Part shown: in pieces, positions 29,430 to 37,512 of the stretch
Numbering within the stretch: position 1 is the stretch's first letter
Layout of the letters: each line of letters begins with the position of its first letter
NCBI GenBank assembly: GCA_963785635.1
Contig: CAWAWB010000025.1
Coordinates: 4,729 to 68,728, forward strand
Length of the DNA stretch: 64,000 bases
Reading direction: 5' to 3'
Source: an uncultured Phycisphaerales bacterium
Lineage (GTDB): Bacteria; Planctomycetota; Phycisphaerae; SM23-33; FEN-1343
The notes under the pieces: model-generated
Told to the model about the DNA's origin: nothing
Database searches by the model: none
Seen by the model: the letters and a program-made list of their open reading frames with translations, nothing else
Made by a program: the position numbers and the translations under genes

Positions 29430-30881
29430 TCACCTGCGCATGAGGGCCGGCACGCGGGGGACCAGGAACAGCAACTCGCGGGAGCCGGCGAACTTCAGGC
29501 GGCGCATGGTCAGACCCATCCGGAGGAACTGGAGGGGTGTGTAGAATCGCCGGCGAATGAGTTTCTTGATCCTGCGCATCCGTTCGCGGGGGATCTGCTG
29601 CGAATACACGTGGCCGTTCTCGCTGAGGTAGTAGCCCGGCGTATTGGCGACTTGCTCGATGATCGGCGAGAACGTGCGGGCCTGGAGCTGCTGGAAGGAA
29701 ATGGAGTGGGCGCCGATTTCTCGTGCAAAGCGAGGGATCTGCAGCATCTCCTCCTCGCTTTCGCCGATGTTGCCGAAGATGAAATAGCAGTGATAAAAGA
29801 AGGGATAGCCGCGCAGCACGGAAAAGGCCTGGCGGACCTCGGCCGTATCAAATCCCTTGCTCATCTGCTTGAGGATTCGATCGGTGGGCGATTCGACTCC
29901 GATAAGGAAGAATTTAAAACCTGCCGCGGCCATCTTGGCGAGCAGTTCGGGGTACTTATAGATCTCCAGCCGCACCTGGGCGATGTAGTGCTTGCGGATG
30001 CCGCGCTCCAGCAGAAGATCGCAGATGCGGCCGATCCGCCGGGGTTCCACGACCAGGTTGTCATCTACGAAAAAGACCACCTCCGCCTCGACGGTGGCGA
30101 TTTCCTCCACCACCGATTCCGGGCTGCGAGCCGACCAGGTGCGCTTCTGGCCCAGCGGGTTGACGGACAAGGTGCAGAACTTGCAATTGTAGGGGCATCC
30201 ACGGGCGGTGAGCACTGTGTCGAACCTTTTGGAATACATCCGCACGCCGCGCCAGCGCGGGTAGTACGGCCGGCGCCGCAGCGCACGGTTGGGGAAGGGC
30301 AGCTGCTCGACGGGCGGCAACGGACGGTTCGGATTGTGAACGATGCTTCCATTCCTGCGATACGAGATCCCCAGGATATTCTCCAGCTCAAGGTCCTGGA
30401 CGATCTGGCGGATGGTTTCTTCGCCTTCGCCGCGCACGATGATTTTGATGGAGGGACAGCGGGCGAATAATTGCTCAATGTGGTCCGAGGCGTACTGGCC
30501 GCCGACAATCACGTCGATATCGCCGGGCAGAGTGTTAATCACTTCGCACACCTGGTCGACCTGAAAGACCCAGTTCATGCTCACGCAGACCAGGTCGGCG
30601 TTATCGGATACATACTGCCGCAGACGGCCCAGGTCAGCCAGCTCCTGCTCCACCCGCAGGTCAACGAGCATCACGCGGCCGACAAAACCCTCCAGCGCGG
30701 CGGCGATGTACTCCAGCCCTGTCGGAGGGAAAAATCCCATGGCCGCGGAGGACTCGCGCACGTACGGGTACAGACACAGCGCGGAGCGGTATTTGATTTG
30801 AGAAGGATTAGCCGCAGCGGGCTGCGCCGCATGACTCACTTGCGATGACTCGATAAGAGACATGGATAGCGTCCTCTGCAA
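29430..30881 (-). CDS. B12-binding-domain radical SAM enzyme
   Basis: N-terminal Rossmann-like B12 domain ('DLVCVSMNWVFQ', 'VIVGGQYASD') and the radical SAM cluster 'ARGCPYNCKFCT'. Confidence 0.8.
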   Translation of the reverse strand: MQRTLSMSLIESSQVSHAAQPAAANPSQIKYRSALCLYPYVRESSAAMGFFPPTGLEYIAAALEGFVGRVMLVDLRVEQELADLGRLRQYVSDNADLVCVSMNWVFQVDQVCEVINTLPGDIDVIVGGQYASDHIEQLFARCPSIKIIVRGEGEETIRQIVQDLELENILGISYRRNGSIVHNPNRPLPPVEQLPFPNRALRRRPYYPRWRGVRMYSKRFDTVLTARGCPYNCKFCTLSVNPLGQKRTWSARSPESVVEEIATVEAEVVFFVDDNLVVEPRRIGRICDLLLERGIRKHYIAQVRLEIYKYPELLAKMAAAGFKFFLIGVESPTDRILKQMSKGFDTAEVRQAFSVLRGYPFFYHCYFIFGNIGESEEEMLQIPRFAREIGAHSISFQQLQARTFSPIIEQVANTPGYYLSENGHVYSQQIPRERMRRIKKLIRRRFYTPLQFLRMGLTMRRLKFAGSRELLFLVPRVPALMRR

Positions 30882-31104
30882 TTAACACCGGCCAAATAAT
30901 CCAAGTGTCGCGGGGCAAAAGAGATGCAGCCGAAAAAACCCAACGAATCTGATACCACCCATTCCCGCGATATACGCCGGGTCCAAAGACTACCTCACCT
31001 CGAGGCGCAGGTCAATAGCTGACGTGATGAGTGAGAGGTTCGGGGGTGGAGGAAAATAGGTGACTCTCCCGCATTTCCGCATGCGGTATCTGATACATTT
31101 CGCG

Positions 31105-31202
31105 GTAAGATTATCACCAAAAGTAAGATTATCACGAGAATATACCCTCGTGATCATCTTACATTTCCTTTTACGACAAGGAGTTATCGATAAGATTATC
31201 AC
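31105..31202. promoter_or_regulatory. Array of four copies of a 13-mer GTAAGATTATCAC (three direct, one inverted)
   Basis: Direct copies at 31105-31117, 31123-31135 and 31190-31202 (first base a). An inverted copy lies at 31150-31162 (1 mismatch). Copies 2 and 3 form a 16-bp-arm palindrome at 31123-31162. The array sits in an AT-rich ~600-nt gap upstream of the radical SAM gene. Confidence 0.55.
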
Positions 31203-31493
31203 GAATTTCGTCTCTGCCGCCTTTTTCCCGTCCTTGTGCTCAGGCAGGGTCCAGAACATCCAACTTCACGCCCTCCTCGTAAGGTGTAGCCGAAGCGTAA
31301 AGCAGGCGCGAGGCCGTGGAAAGGCGCCCCCTATAAGAAAGAGCCCGCCAAGGCGATTGAACCGCCGAGCCGTTACGTTCTTTCGCATTTCGAAGATTCA
31401 ATCGCCCACAAGTCCCTGCCTTCTCCAAAGCTTCGCAGGACAGGCTTTGACGCTTCTTGATGATTCATGACGCGTCCTGAGGTCATCTTTCCA

Positions 31494-32683
31494 TTAAGGG
31501 GTGGTGCTGTCGGGTGGCGGCATTTTACGGCGCATGAAGCCGGCCACGAGGTCGATGACAAACAGACGGCATTCGAGGGCGCCATTTTTCAGCGGGAAGC
31601 GGCGACGAGGTTTGAGACCCAGGCCCTTGGTTAACTCAAGGTCAGCGGTCAAGAACGCGGCCGTCCAACCGGCGAACTGCTGTTTGAGCGTACGACCCCA
31701 TTGGGGGTATTCGGCGCGTAATTCCTCTTGTTGCGATAGACGGACGCCGTAGGGCGGGTTCGTGACCAGCAGACCTTTGGGGGCAGGGGCGGTGCGGCCA
31801 ATGAAATTGGCCTGCTCCAATGTGACAGCCTCTGATAGGCCAACCTGTTCCAGGTGGCGACGGGTCGCCGCAATGGCGCCGCCGTGTACGTCGCTGGCAA
31901 ATAGAGTATTTGGCGGCAGGGGGCGAATTTCGCCGCGCGCTGCCGCGCGTAATTGGGTCCAGAGAGCACGGTCAGCATCGAGCCAGCGCTCGCACGCGAA
32001 ACAGCGCTTCAGACCGGGCGCCGTCTGGCGCGCATACAGGCGGCTTCGATAGCAATGGTGCCACTGCCACACATGGGGTCCAGGAAGATTTCGTAAACCG
32101 GTTTGCCGCTCTCATCCAGATCGTTCCAGCCAGCCAGAGCAAGAATGCCGGCTGCCAGGTTTTCCTTGAGCGGTGCTGCACCGGCTGCACCCCGATAGCC
32201 GCGTTGCCAGAGCGGATCGCCCGAGCTGTCGATGTACAGGGTTGCGGTGCTTTCGCTTAAAAAGAGCTGGACACGCTGATCAGGTTGGTCCGTGTTGACG
32301 TCAGGGCGGTTGCCGCGCTCTGCGCGAAAACGGTCGCACAGTCCATCCTTGATGCGCAGCGTGGCGAAGTCCAGGCTACGTAGCGGCGACTTTACGGCCG
32401 TCGTTGAAACTTTGAAACTTTGGCTCACATCGAACCATTCGTGCCAGGCGACCTGGCGTGCCATTTGGTAAAGATCTTCTTCCTTCTGGTAACTACCGAC
32501 GGCGAGTTGGACAAGGATGCGCGAGGCGAAACGCGAGTGCAGATTGGCGCGGTACAGGCTTTCCTGTGTGGCGCATGCACGCACGCCGCCGGCCGCCTGC
32601 TGGACCTGGGTCAGGCCGCAGCGGGTGAACTCCGTAACGAGAAGTTCTTCCAGGCCGCGTGGGCAGGGGGCGAAAATATGCAT
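31494..32683 (-). CDS. THUMP-domain RNA (guanine-N2) methyltransferase, RlmL/RlmK-like, apparent frameshift ~32010-32070
   Basis: N-terminal piece 'MHIFAPCPRGLEELL...FLDPMCGSGTIAIEAA'. C-terminal piece contains 'LLVTNPPYGVRL'. The two ORFs overlap in different frames. Confidence 0.75.
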
Positions 32684-32828
32684 GTGAGGCTTTCTTTAGT
32701 TTTGTAGGGTGTGCAGCTCTGCTGCACACGAGATAATTCTTGGCGAGATTCTGTTGATCTGCCGGGAGTGCAACAAAGTCGCACACGCTAGTCACTGAGC
32801 CTACCTCTCCTACGCCGCAAAAAACAAG

Positions 32829-33160
32829 CGCGCACAAAATGGCGCACACTTTTTAGTCGCATCCTACTTCGCTCCCCGCTCCGCTAAAGCTACGCAGGGT
32901 CCAAAGCTACGTAGGACTTTGTCCTACTTCGCTCCCCGCTCCGCTAAAGCTACGCAGGGTCCAAAGCTACGTAGGACTTTGTCCCGCTTCGCTCCCCGCT
33001 CCGCTAAAGCTACGCAGGGTCCAAAGCTACGCAGGACAGGCTTTGACGCTTCTTGATGATTCATGAGTTGTCTTGATGTAGAAGGGGCGGGATTGAACGG
33101 GATTCGGCCGGGACCGCCAAGGCGGGCAAATTCTTCAAAACTGGGCCAACGTGTCGCGTC
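32829..33160. repeat. Copy A of a ~215-bp dispersed element (with an internal 3x60-bp expansion)
   Basis: Collinear with 35494-35708: 'gcgc-cacaaaatggcgca-actttttagtcgcatcctacttcgctccccgctccgctaaagctacgcagggtccaaagct-cgcaggacaggctttgacgcttcttgatgattc-tga...gaaggggcggga-tgaacgggattcggccgggacc...cttcaaaactgggccaacg-gtcgcgt'. A partial third copy lies at ~31425-31480. Confidence 0.85.
32863..33042. repeat. Tandem repeat, 3 units of exactly 60 bp
   Basis: The printed lines beginning at 32861, 32921 and 32981 are nearly identical column by column. The unit is present once in copy B. Confidence 0.9.
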
Positions 33161-33302
33161 CTGTCGCGTTGTGACGCGATCTGACGCTTCTTGACGCGAA
33201 TCTCGGGGGTGGGAGAACCCTAACGGATTTCGAAGCCCGCGATGGGCGTTTGGTTTATCTGCAGTACGCGACTTCGCGTATTTATGAAACCGGTTCCAGG
33301 TC

Positions 33303-35342
33303 CTACTTCCTTTCCGGCCACCAGCTGCGCTGGTCGTTCCATATGAACATTCCCCATGGTGTCACGATGCGTGTGCTTTCGACGCCGCGGCCGGTGCCAA
33401 CCCTGTGCGGCGTGTTTGTGCCCGGCCATCGGAGCTCGCCGATTCCCTCCGACACGATCGCATCGAATTCCCAACCGTCGAGCTTGTGTCGGCCGTTGGC
33501 CGAAAGGTCCAGGGCGGCAGGCCAGTTGGGCCGCCCTGCGTTGTAGTCCACCAGCTCCATTCTCATGGAGTGGCCTAAAACTGTCCGGTCCCACGTGCTC
33601 ATCTCAAGGATGCCGACACCTTTTTGCAGGATCGCCCACCCGCCGCGCCATTCGGGCCGCGGAATCGGGTGGCTTGGCGGCCCCGGCGGTCGTGCATAGC
33701 GCGCCGGCAGGGGACGCTTCAACGGAATGAACGGGTTTTGCTCAAAACAGAAAGCCCCAATCGTCAAAAACATTCCGCCTGGCCGGACGTCGCCCCTCGG
33801 CCCCTCGGCCGGCAGCGCCCGAAGATAGCCGCAGATCGCGATATCCTCGCTCACATCAACCGGATCCTCCGCATCGCGGAGGGCGGGGGCGAGTTTTTCC
33901 AGCAGCAACCGTGCCTGCTCGTCGACCAGCGCGGCTGCTTGCGATGCGCTCGGCTCGTGCGGCGGCGCCAGCACAAACCAGAACGTCGTTCCGGTCTGCA
34001 CGATCGCCAGACGCTGACCCGCGGGGGGCGCCGCCTCCTTCGCCGGTTTTGAAGAGGAAGTATCCTCCTCCACTGAAAACAGCCCCAGCCGTTCTGCGCC
34101 CGCCTCGGCCGAGCCGATGCAGGCCAGACAACATTGGCGCTCCTTTACTTCTCTCCCAATGTTCGTAATGGAGTACGTGAAGCTCGTATTGGCGTCGAAC
34201 GGCATATATGGCGACAACGCACACGAAGTGATTGCGGGTTGACTACCGGGTGGCGCAGGCACCGGAGGCATGCCCATGCCTGGCGGGTACGCTACGATCG
34301 GTGAATAGTTTTCATCCTTGAAATACTCGCTCGCCGGCAGCCAGCCGGAGGACCTCAGAGCTTCCCGCAGCATCACACCCCACGGCGTCACGGCCGCCTG
34401 CGTGTTAAAAACTCCAAAAGGCTGTGGCTCAGTATTCCCGGGCCAGCGCAGAGAGCCGCTCTTGTTGCCATCTGCCACAGTCAGCGTGTACTCCCACGGA
34501 CCTTGGCTGAACCTGCCACTGGTGGAGACATCAATCTTCGCCATCGCTTCGGCAGACTCTCGCCGCTCGAGACACAGCCGCATGATGCCGCCTTCTCCAG
34601 ACTGGCCGGTCTGAAGCTGCACGAGCCCCACATCCTTTTGCAGCTCGGCCTTGCCACTGCGCCGCCAACCGGGAAGGCCCATTGGGTCCGCAAAAGGATC
34701 GATATCGAAATCATTGGCTTGAAGTGTCAGGAATATGCCTTCGGGCGGCCCGAGCGGCTGGTTGTGGCCGCCTTGCACGGCCCGCAGATAGCCTACGATA
34801 TGCAAATATCCACCCGCGGAGTAGATATCGTTCGCATCCCGCAGCGCGGCCGCCAGCCCGCTTAAAAGCGTATCAGCCCGCCGTTGGCCATCATTACCGC
34901 TGCTCACCCATTCCCCCCGCTCATTCAGACGAGGCATTGCCGGCGGCAGCAGTACGAACCAGATGTTCAGCCCCGCCTGGACGATGGCCAGGCGCTGCCC
35001 GCGCGGCCGGTGAATTGTTCGCGGTGCCTCCCGCTCGGGCTTATTCAGTCGGTCGACCATCGGCGGGACCGGCCGCCAGTCTCCCTCTTCTTCCTCGATG
35101 GAGAACAAGCCCATGCGGTCGGAGCCGTTTGCGGCCGAGGCCATGCAGGCCAGGGTGTACTTGCGCGACAGATAGTCATGATAGATATAGATGCGGTACG
35201 TCATCTTCATGCCTTTCTCAAAAGGCATAAAGGCCGCCAGATCCTCGGGAGTGATCGCCGGTTGACTGGCCGCCGGCGCGCCCGGAGCAGATGCCAGGCT
35301 TGATGCTGCCAGAATGCAAACCATTACGGTCGATTTGATCAT
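33303..35342 (-). CDS. Secreted protein made of two ~320-aa tandem paralogous modules (no recognisable family)
   Basis: Signal peptide 'MIKSTVMVCILAASSLASAPGAPAA'. Both halves share 'SQPAIT', 'MPF', 'GQRLAIVQ-G--WFVL-PP', 'ALRDA-D', 'GYLRA', 'LQK-VG', 'LRWPG-T' and 'VTPWG' in the same order. Confidence 0.7.
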   Translation of the reverse strand: MIKSTVMVCILAASSLASAPGAPAASQPAITPEDLAAFMPFEKGMKMTYRIYIYHDYLSRKYTLACMASAANGSDRMGLFSIEEEEGDWRPVPPMVDRLNKPEREAPRTIHRPRGQRLAIVQAGLNIWFVLLPPAMPRLNERGEWVSSGNDGQRRADTLLSGLAAALRDANDIYSAGGYLHIVGYLRAVQGGHNQPLGPPEGIFLTLQANDFDIDPFADPMGLPGWRRSGKAELQKDVGLVQLQTGQSGEGGIMRLCLERRESAEAMAKIDVSTSGRFSQGPWEYTLTVADGNKSGSLRWPGNTEPQPFGVFNTQAAVTPWGVMLREALRSSGWLPASEYFKDENYSPIVAYPPGMGMPPVPAPPGSQPAITSCALSPYMPFDANTSFTYSITNIGREVKERQCCLACIGSAEAGAERLGLFSVEEDTSSSKPAKEAAPPAGQRLAIVQTGTTFWFVLAPPHEPSASQAAALVDEQARLLLEKLAPALRDAEDPVDVSEDIAICGYLRALPAEGPRGDVRPGGMFLTIGAFCFEQNPFIPLKRPLPARYARPPGPPSHPIPRPEWRGGWAILQKGVGILEMSTWDRTVLGHSMRMELVDYNAGRPNWPAALDLSANGRHKLDGWEFDAIVSEGIGELRWPGTNTPHRVGTGRGVESTRIVTPWGMFIWNDQRSWWPERK

Positions 35343-35493
35343 GCTGGATCTCCCATGCCATCGGCTGTGGCGCAACAATGACAAATCCGGCGCAGCAGCA
35401 TATTCTTAGATGCTTATCCGGGCCATTGGTTCCAGTAAAAATACTGTTCTGTTATTCGCATTGCTCCTACTAGGAGGCCGGGCAGTTAGCATT

Positions 35494-35708
35494 ATGCGCT
35501 CACAAAATGGCGCAGACTTTTTAGTCGCATCCTACTTCGCTCCCCGCTCCGCTAAAGCTACGCAGGGTCCAAAGCTTCGCAGGACAGGCTTTGACGCTTC
35601 TTGATGATTCGTGACGCATCCTGACGCGGAAGGGGCGGGAGTGAACGGGATTCGGCCGGGACCTCGAGGACGGGCAGAATCTTCAAAACTGGGCCAACGC
35701 GTCGCGTT
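35494..35708. repeat. Copy B of the ~215-bp dispersed element
   Basis: See copy A. Same orientation. The two copies bracket the 33303..35342 gene. Confidence 0.85.
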
Positions 35709-35712
35709 CTGA

Positions 35713-35955
35713 TTACCAGAAATGGCTGTTGGCAAAGGCGTGACCGGAACCTTCCTTTAAATATCGCTCAAATGCGTCTGCTTTGGCATCGTCTGAAAAA
35801 CGGACGGCGACAAGGCACTCCCACGGCACATGCTCGCTCGTGTGGGGACTCTTTCCAGCATTGTGCTCAGCGAGCCGTTGGTTCAGGTCAGATGTAAGCC
35901 CCACATATTTCTCGCGGGGATTCGATAACGAGCGAAGGAAGTAGACATATTTCAT
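35713..35955 (-). CDS. GIY-YIG nuclease superfamily protein (UPF0213/YhbQ-like)
   Basis: 'MKYVYFLRSLSNPREKYVGLTSDLNQRLAEHNAGKS' carries the GIY-(x)-YIG-type beta-hairpin and the conserved R/E/N context. 80 aa from the ATG at 35955. Confidence 0.8.
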   Translation of the reverse strand: MKYVYFLRSLSNPREKYVGLTSDLNQRLAEHNAGKSPHTSEHVPWECLVAVRFSDDAKADAFERYLKEGSGHAFANSHFW

Positions 35956-36076
35956 GGGTTCCCTCCTGATAGGATCATCCCGCCATATCGGCCCTACTTC
36001 GCTCGAGGAAAAAACGCTCGAGCTGACGAAGGGTGGCATCCCGCTTCGCTCAAGCCTTGGCTTGAGCGAAGCGGGA

Positions 36077-36161
36077 TGCCGGGGGTGGGAGTCGAACCCA
36101 CACGACCTTTTGGGTCACGGGATTTTGAATCCCGCGCGTCTGCCAATTCCGCCACTCCGGC
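36077..36161 (-). tRNA. tRNA-Leu (anticodon CAA)
   Basis: Hand-folded 85-nt class II tRNA: 'GCCGGAG..GCG-GAATTGGCAGA-CGC-G-CGGGA-TTCAAAA-TCCCG', a long variable arm (GACC/GGTC), then 'GTGGG-TTCGACT-CCCAC-CCCCGGC-A'. One A-C mismatch in the acceptor stem. Followed on its strand by a perfect 20-bp hairpin (36035-36080). Confidence 0.85.
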
Positions 36162-36443
36162 AAGATTGATGACTAGAGCCATAAGGCCAGTCACAATCAT
36201 CTACGAAGGCACGTAAGATAGTCTATGATCGCAAGACAGGCAAGGGAGGAGAATTGTGGCTCTTGTACCGAATGCACGGTCAAGGAGCGCAACAAGGGCG
36301 CAGCTGAGAGGGGCCGCGCTTCTTGTTAACTGTTTATTGTATAAGGACTTAATCTTCAAGGAGCCAAGAAGCGCAAGGAGCGCAGCATGTGCGTTTTGCG
36401 CGGCAGTCTGGGCAAGCTGCGCAGTTTACAGAAGTTGCGGTTA

Positions 36444-36488
36444 CAAAAATGCCGAAGGCCGCCAACGTTTTCACATTGGCGGCCTTCG
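36444..36488 (-). terminator. Rho-independent terminator downstream of the HDOD operon
   Basis: 13-bp stem 'cgaaggccgccaa'/'ttggcggccttcg' with a 10-nt loop. On the minus strand it is followed by 'cattttt'. An additional 13-bp-arm palindrome 'aagtgtatgggat/atcccatacactt' lies at 36496-36521. Confidence 0.55.
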
Positions 36489-36530
36489 AGGGCTTAAGTG
36501 TATGGGATATCCCATACACTTATGGGAAAT

Positions 36531-37493
36531 TCAGGATGGTTTATCGCTGTTGGCGCCGCCGCGGCGGCCCAGGATGGCCAGGCGTTCGCGGTACATCCTC
36601 GCTGAATCCTTGAGGACATCCACAAGTTGTTCAGGGGACCAGCCCAATAAATGCCTGGCCAGTTCCCGCGGGTCCTGCAAGGGTTGTCCAGCCTGAGGCT
36701 CTGCGCCGCTGGCATCGGATTTCCTGGATCCGCCAAAGGTGCCCTTCAGCAGGGGCAGCGCCAGCGACTGGGCTAATGAAAGGATGCGCCATAAAGCCGC
36801 GCAAGATGAGGGAAGCTCCTGCGGGGCATCCAGACAATGGTGATTGGCCACGGCATTGATCAAATCCGGCCCCAGCCGCCAGCTTTCAAAAAGCATCTTG
36901 GCCGCCAGGGCATGATTGAACCCAAAGGTTTTTTCTTCCAATTGGCCGAGCGCGGCGCTGTCACCAGGTTCCGCATGAAGCATTTGCCGGTAATGGCTGC
37001 CAAACGACATGGCCATGATGATGACGCCACTCTCGTGGAGCAGCCCCAGGCAGGCGGCCTCGGCCTTGCGGTTTTCATCCACGTAGCCGGCGATGACCTC
37101 GGCCAGCACGCTGGAACTGAGGGCGAAGCGAGGCAGATCGGGGTAAGGCAGACCGGGCAACTGCAACTTGCCGAATTCCTCGTTGAAGAAGAAGCCCAGC
37201 GCCAGCGTTCGAACCGTCCCAAAACCCAGCAGCGAAATCGCGCGGCGGACCGAAGTAACCTGCTCACGAATGCCGAAGAACGCTGAATTGGCCACCTGCA
37301 TCAGGCGGCCAGACAGCGCGATATCGCTTTCCACCAATTGCTGCATATCGGCCAGAGTGGTCTGCTGGGCCTCGGTAGCGCGTGTCACCGCCAGACACAC
37401 ATCCGAGGGGCTGGGGAGTTGCTTTATACTGCTCAATATCCGCTGAAACGCCCGGTCGGAAGCGGCCAGACCTGATGTCATTTGCCCGGACAT
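36531..37493 (-). CDS. HDOD domain protein
   Basis: 'LPSPSDVCLAVTRATEAQQTTLADMQQLVESDIALSGRLMQVANSAFFGIREQVTSVRRAISLLGFGTVRTLAL' and 'LHESGVIIM' match the HDOD pattern. ATG at 37493. Confidence 0.75.
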   Translation of the reverse strand: MSGQMTSGLAASDRAFQRILSSIKQLPSPSDVCLAVTRATEAQQTTLADMQQLVESDIALSGRLMQVANSAFFGIREQVTSVRRAISLLGFGTVRTLALGFFFNEEFGKLQLPGLPYPDLPRFALSSSVLAEVIAGYVDENRKAEAACLGLLHESGVIIMAMSFGSHYRQMLHAEPGDSAALGQLEEKTFGFNHALAAKMLFESWRLGPDLINAVANHHCLDAPQELPSSCAALWRILSLAQSLALPLLKGTFGGSRKSDASGAEPQAGQPLQDPRELARHLLGWSPEQLVDVLKDSARMYRERLAILGRRGGANSDKPS

Positions 37494-37512
37494 AGTTTTA
37501 CGCCCCTTTTCG

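Noticed and set aside
31105-31202. Replication origin with DnaA boxes (TTATCAC within the 13-mer; yidC is also in the window).
   Set aside because: The 9-mers TTATCACCA and TTATCACGA differ from TTATCCACA at two positions. No dnaA, dnaN, rpmH or rnpA gene is nearby. yidC is 9 kb away and is preceded by a phosphoesterase gene. The array is kept only as an operator/iteron-like array.
32863-33042. CRISPR array, considered for the 60-bp tandem repeat and also for the 7134-8240 repeat nest.
   Set aside because: The 60-bp units are contiguous with no unique spacers. In the nest, the intervening segments are themselves repeated motifs. No cas genes are in the window.
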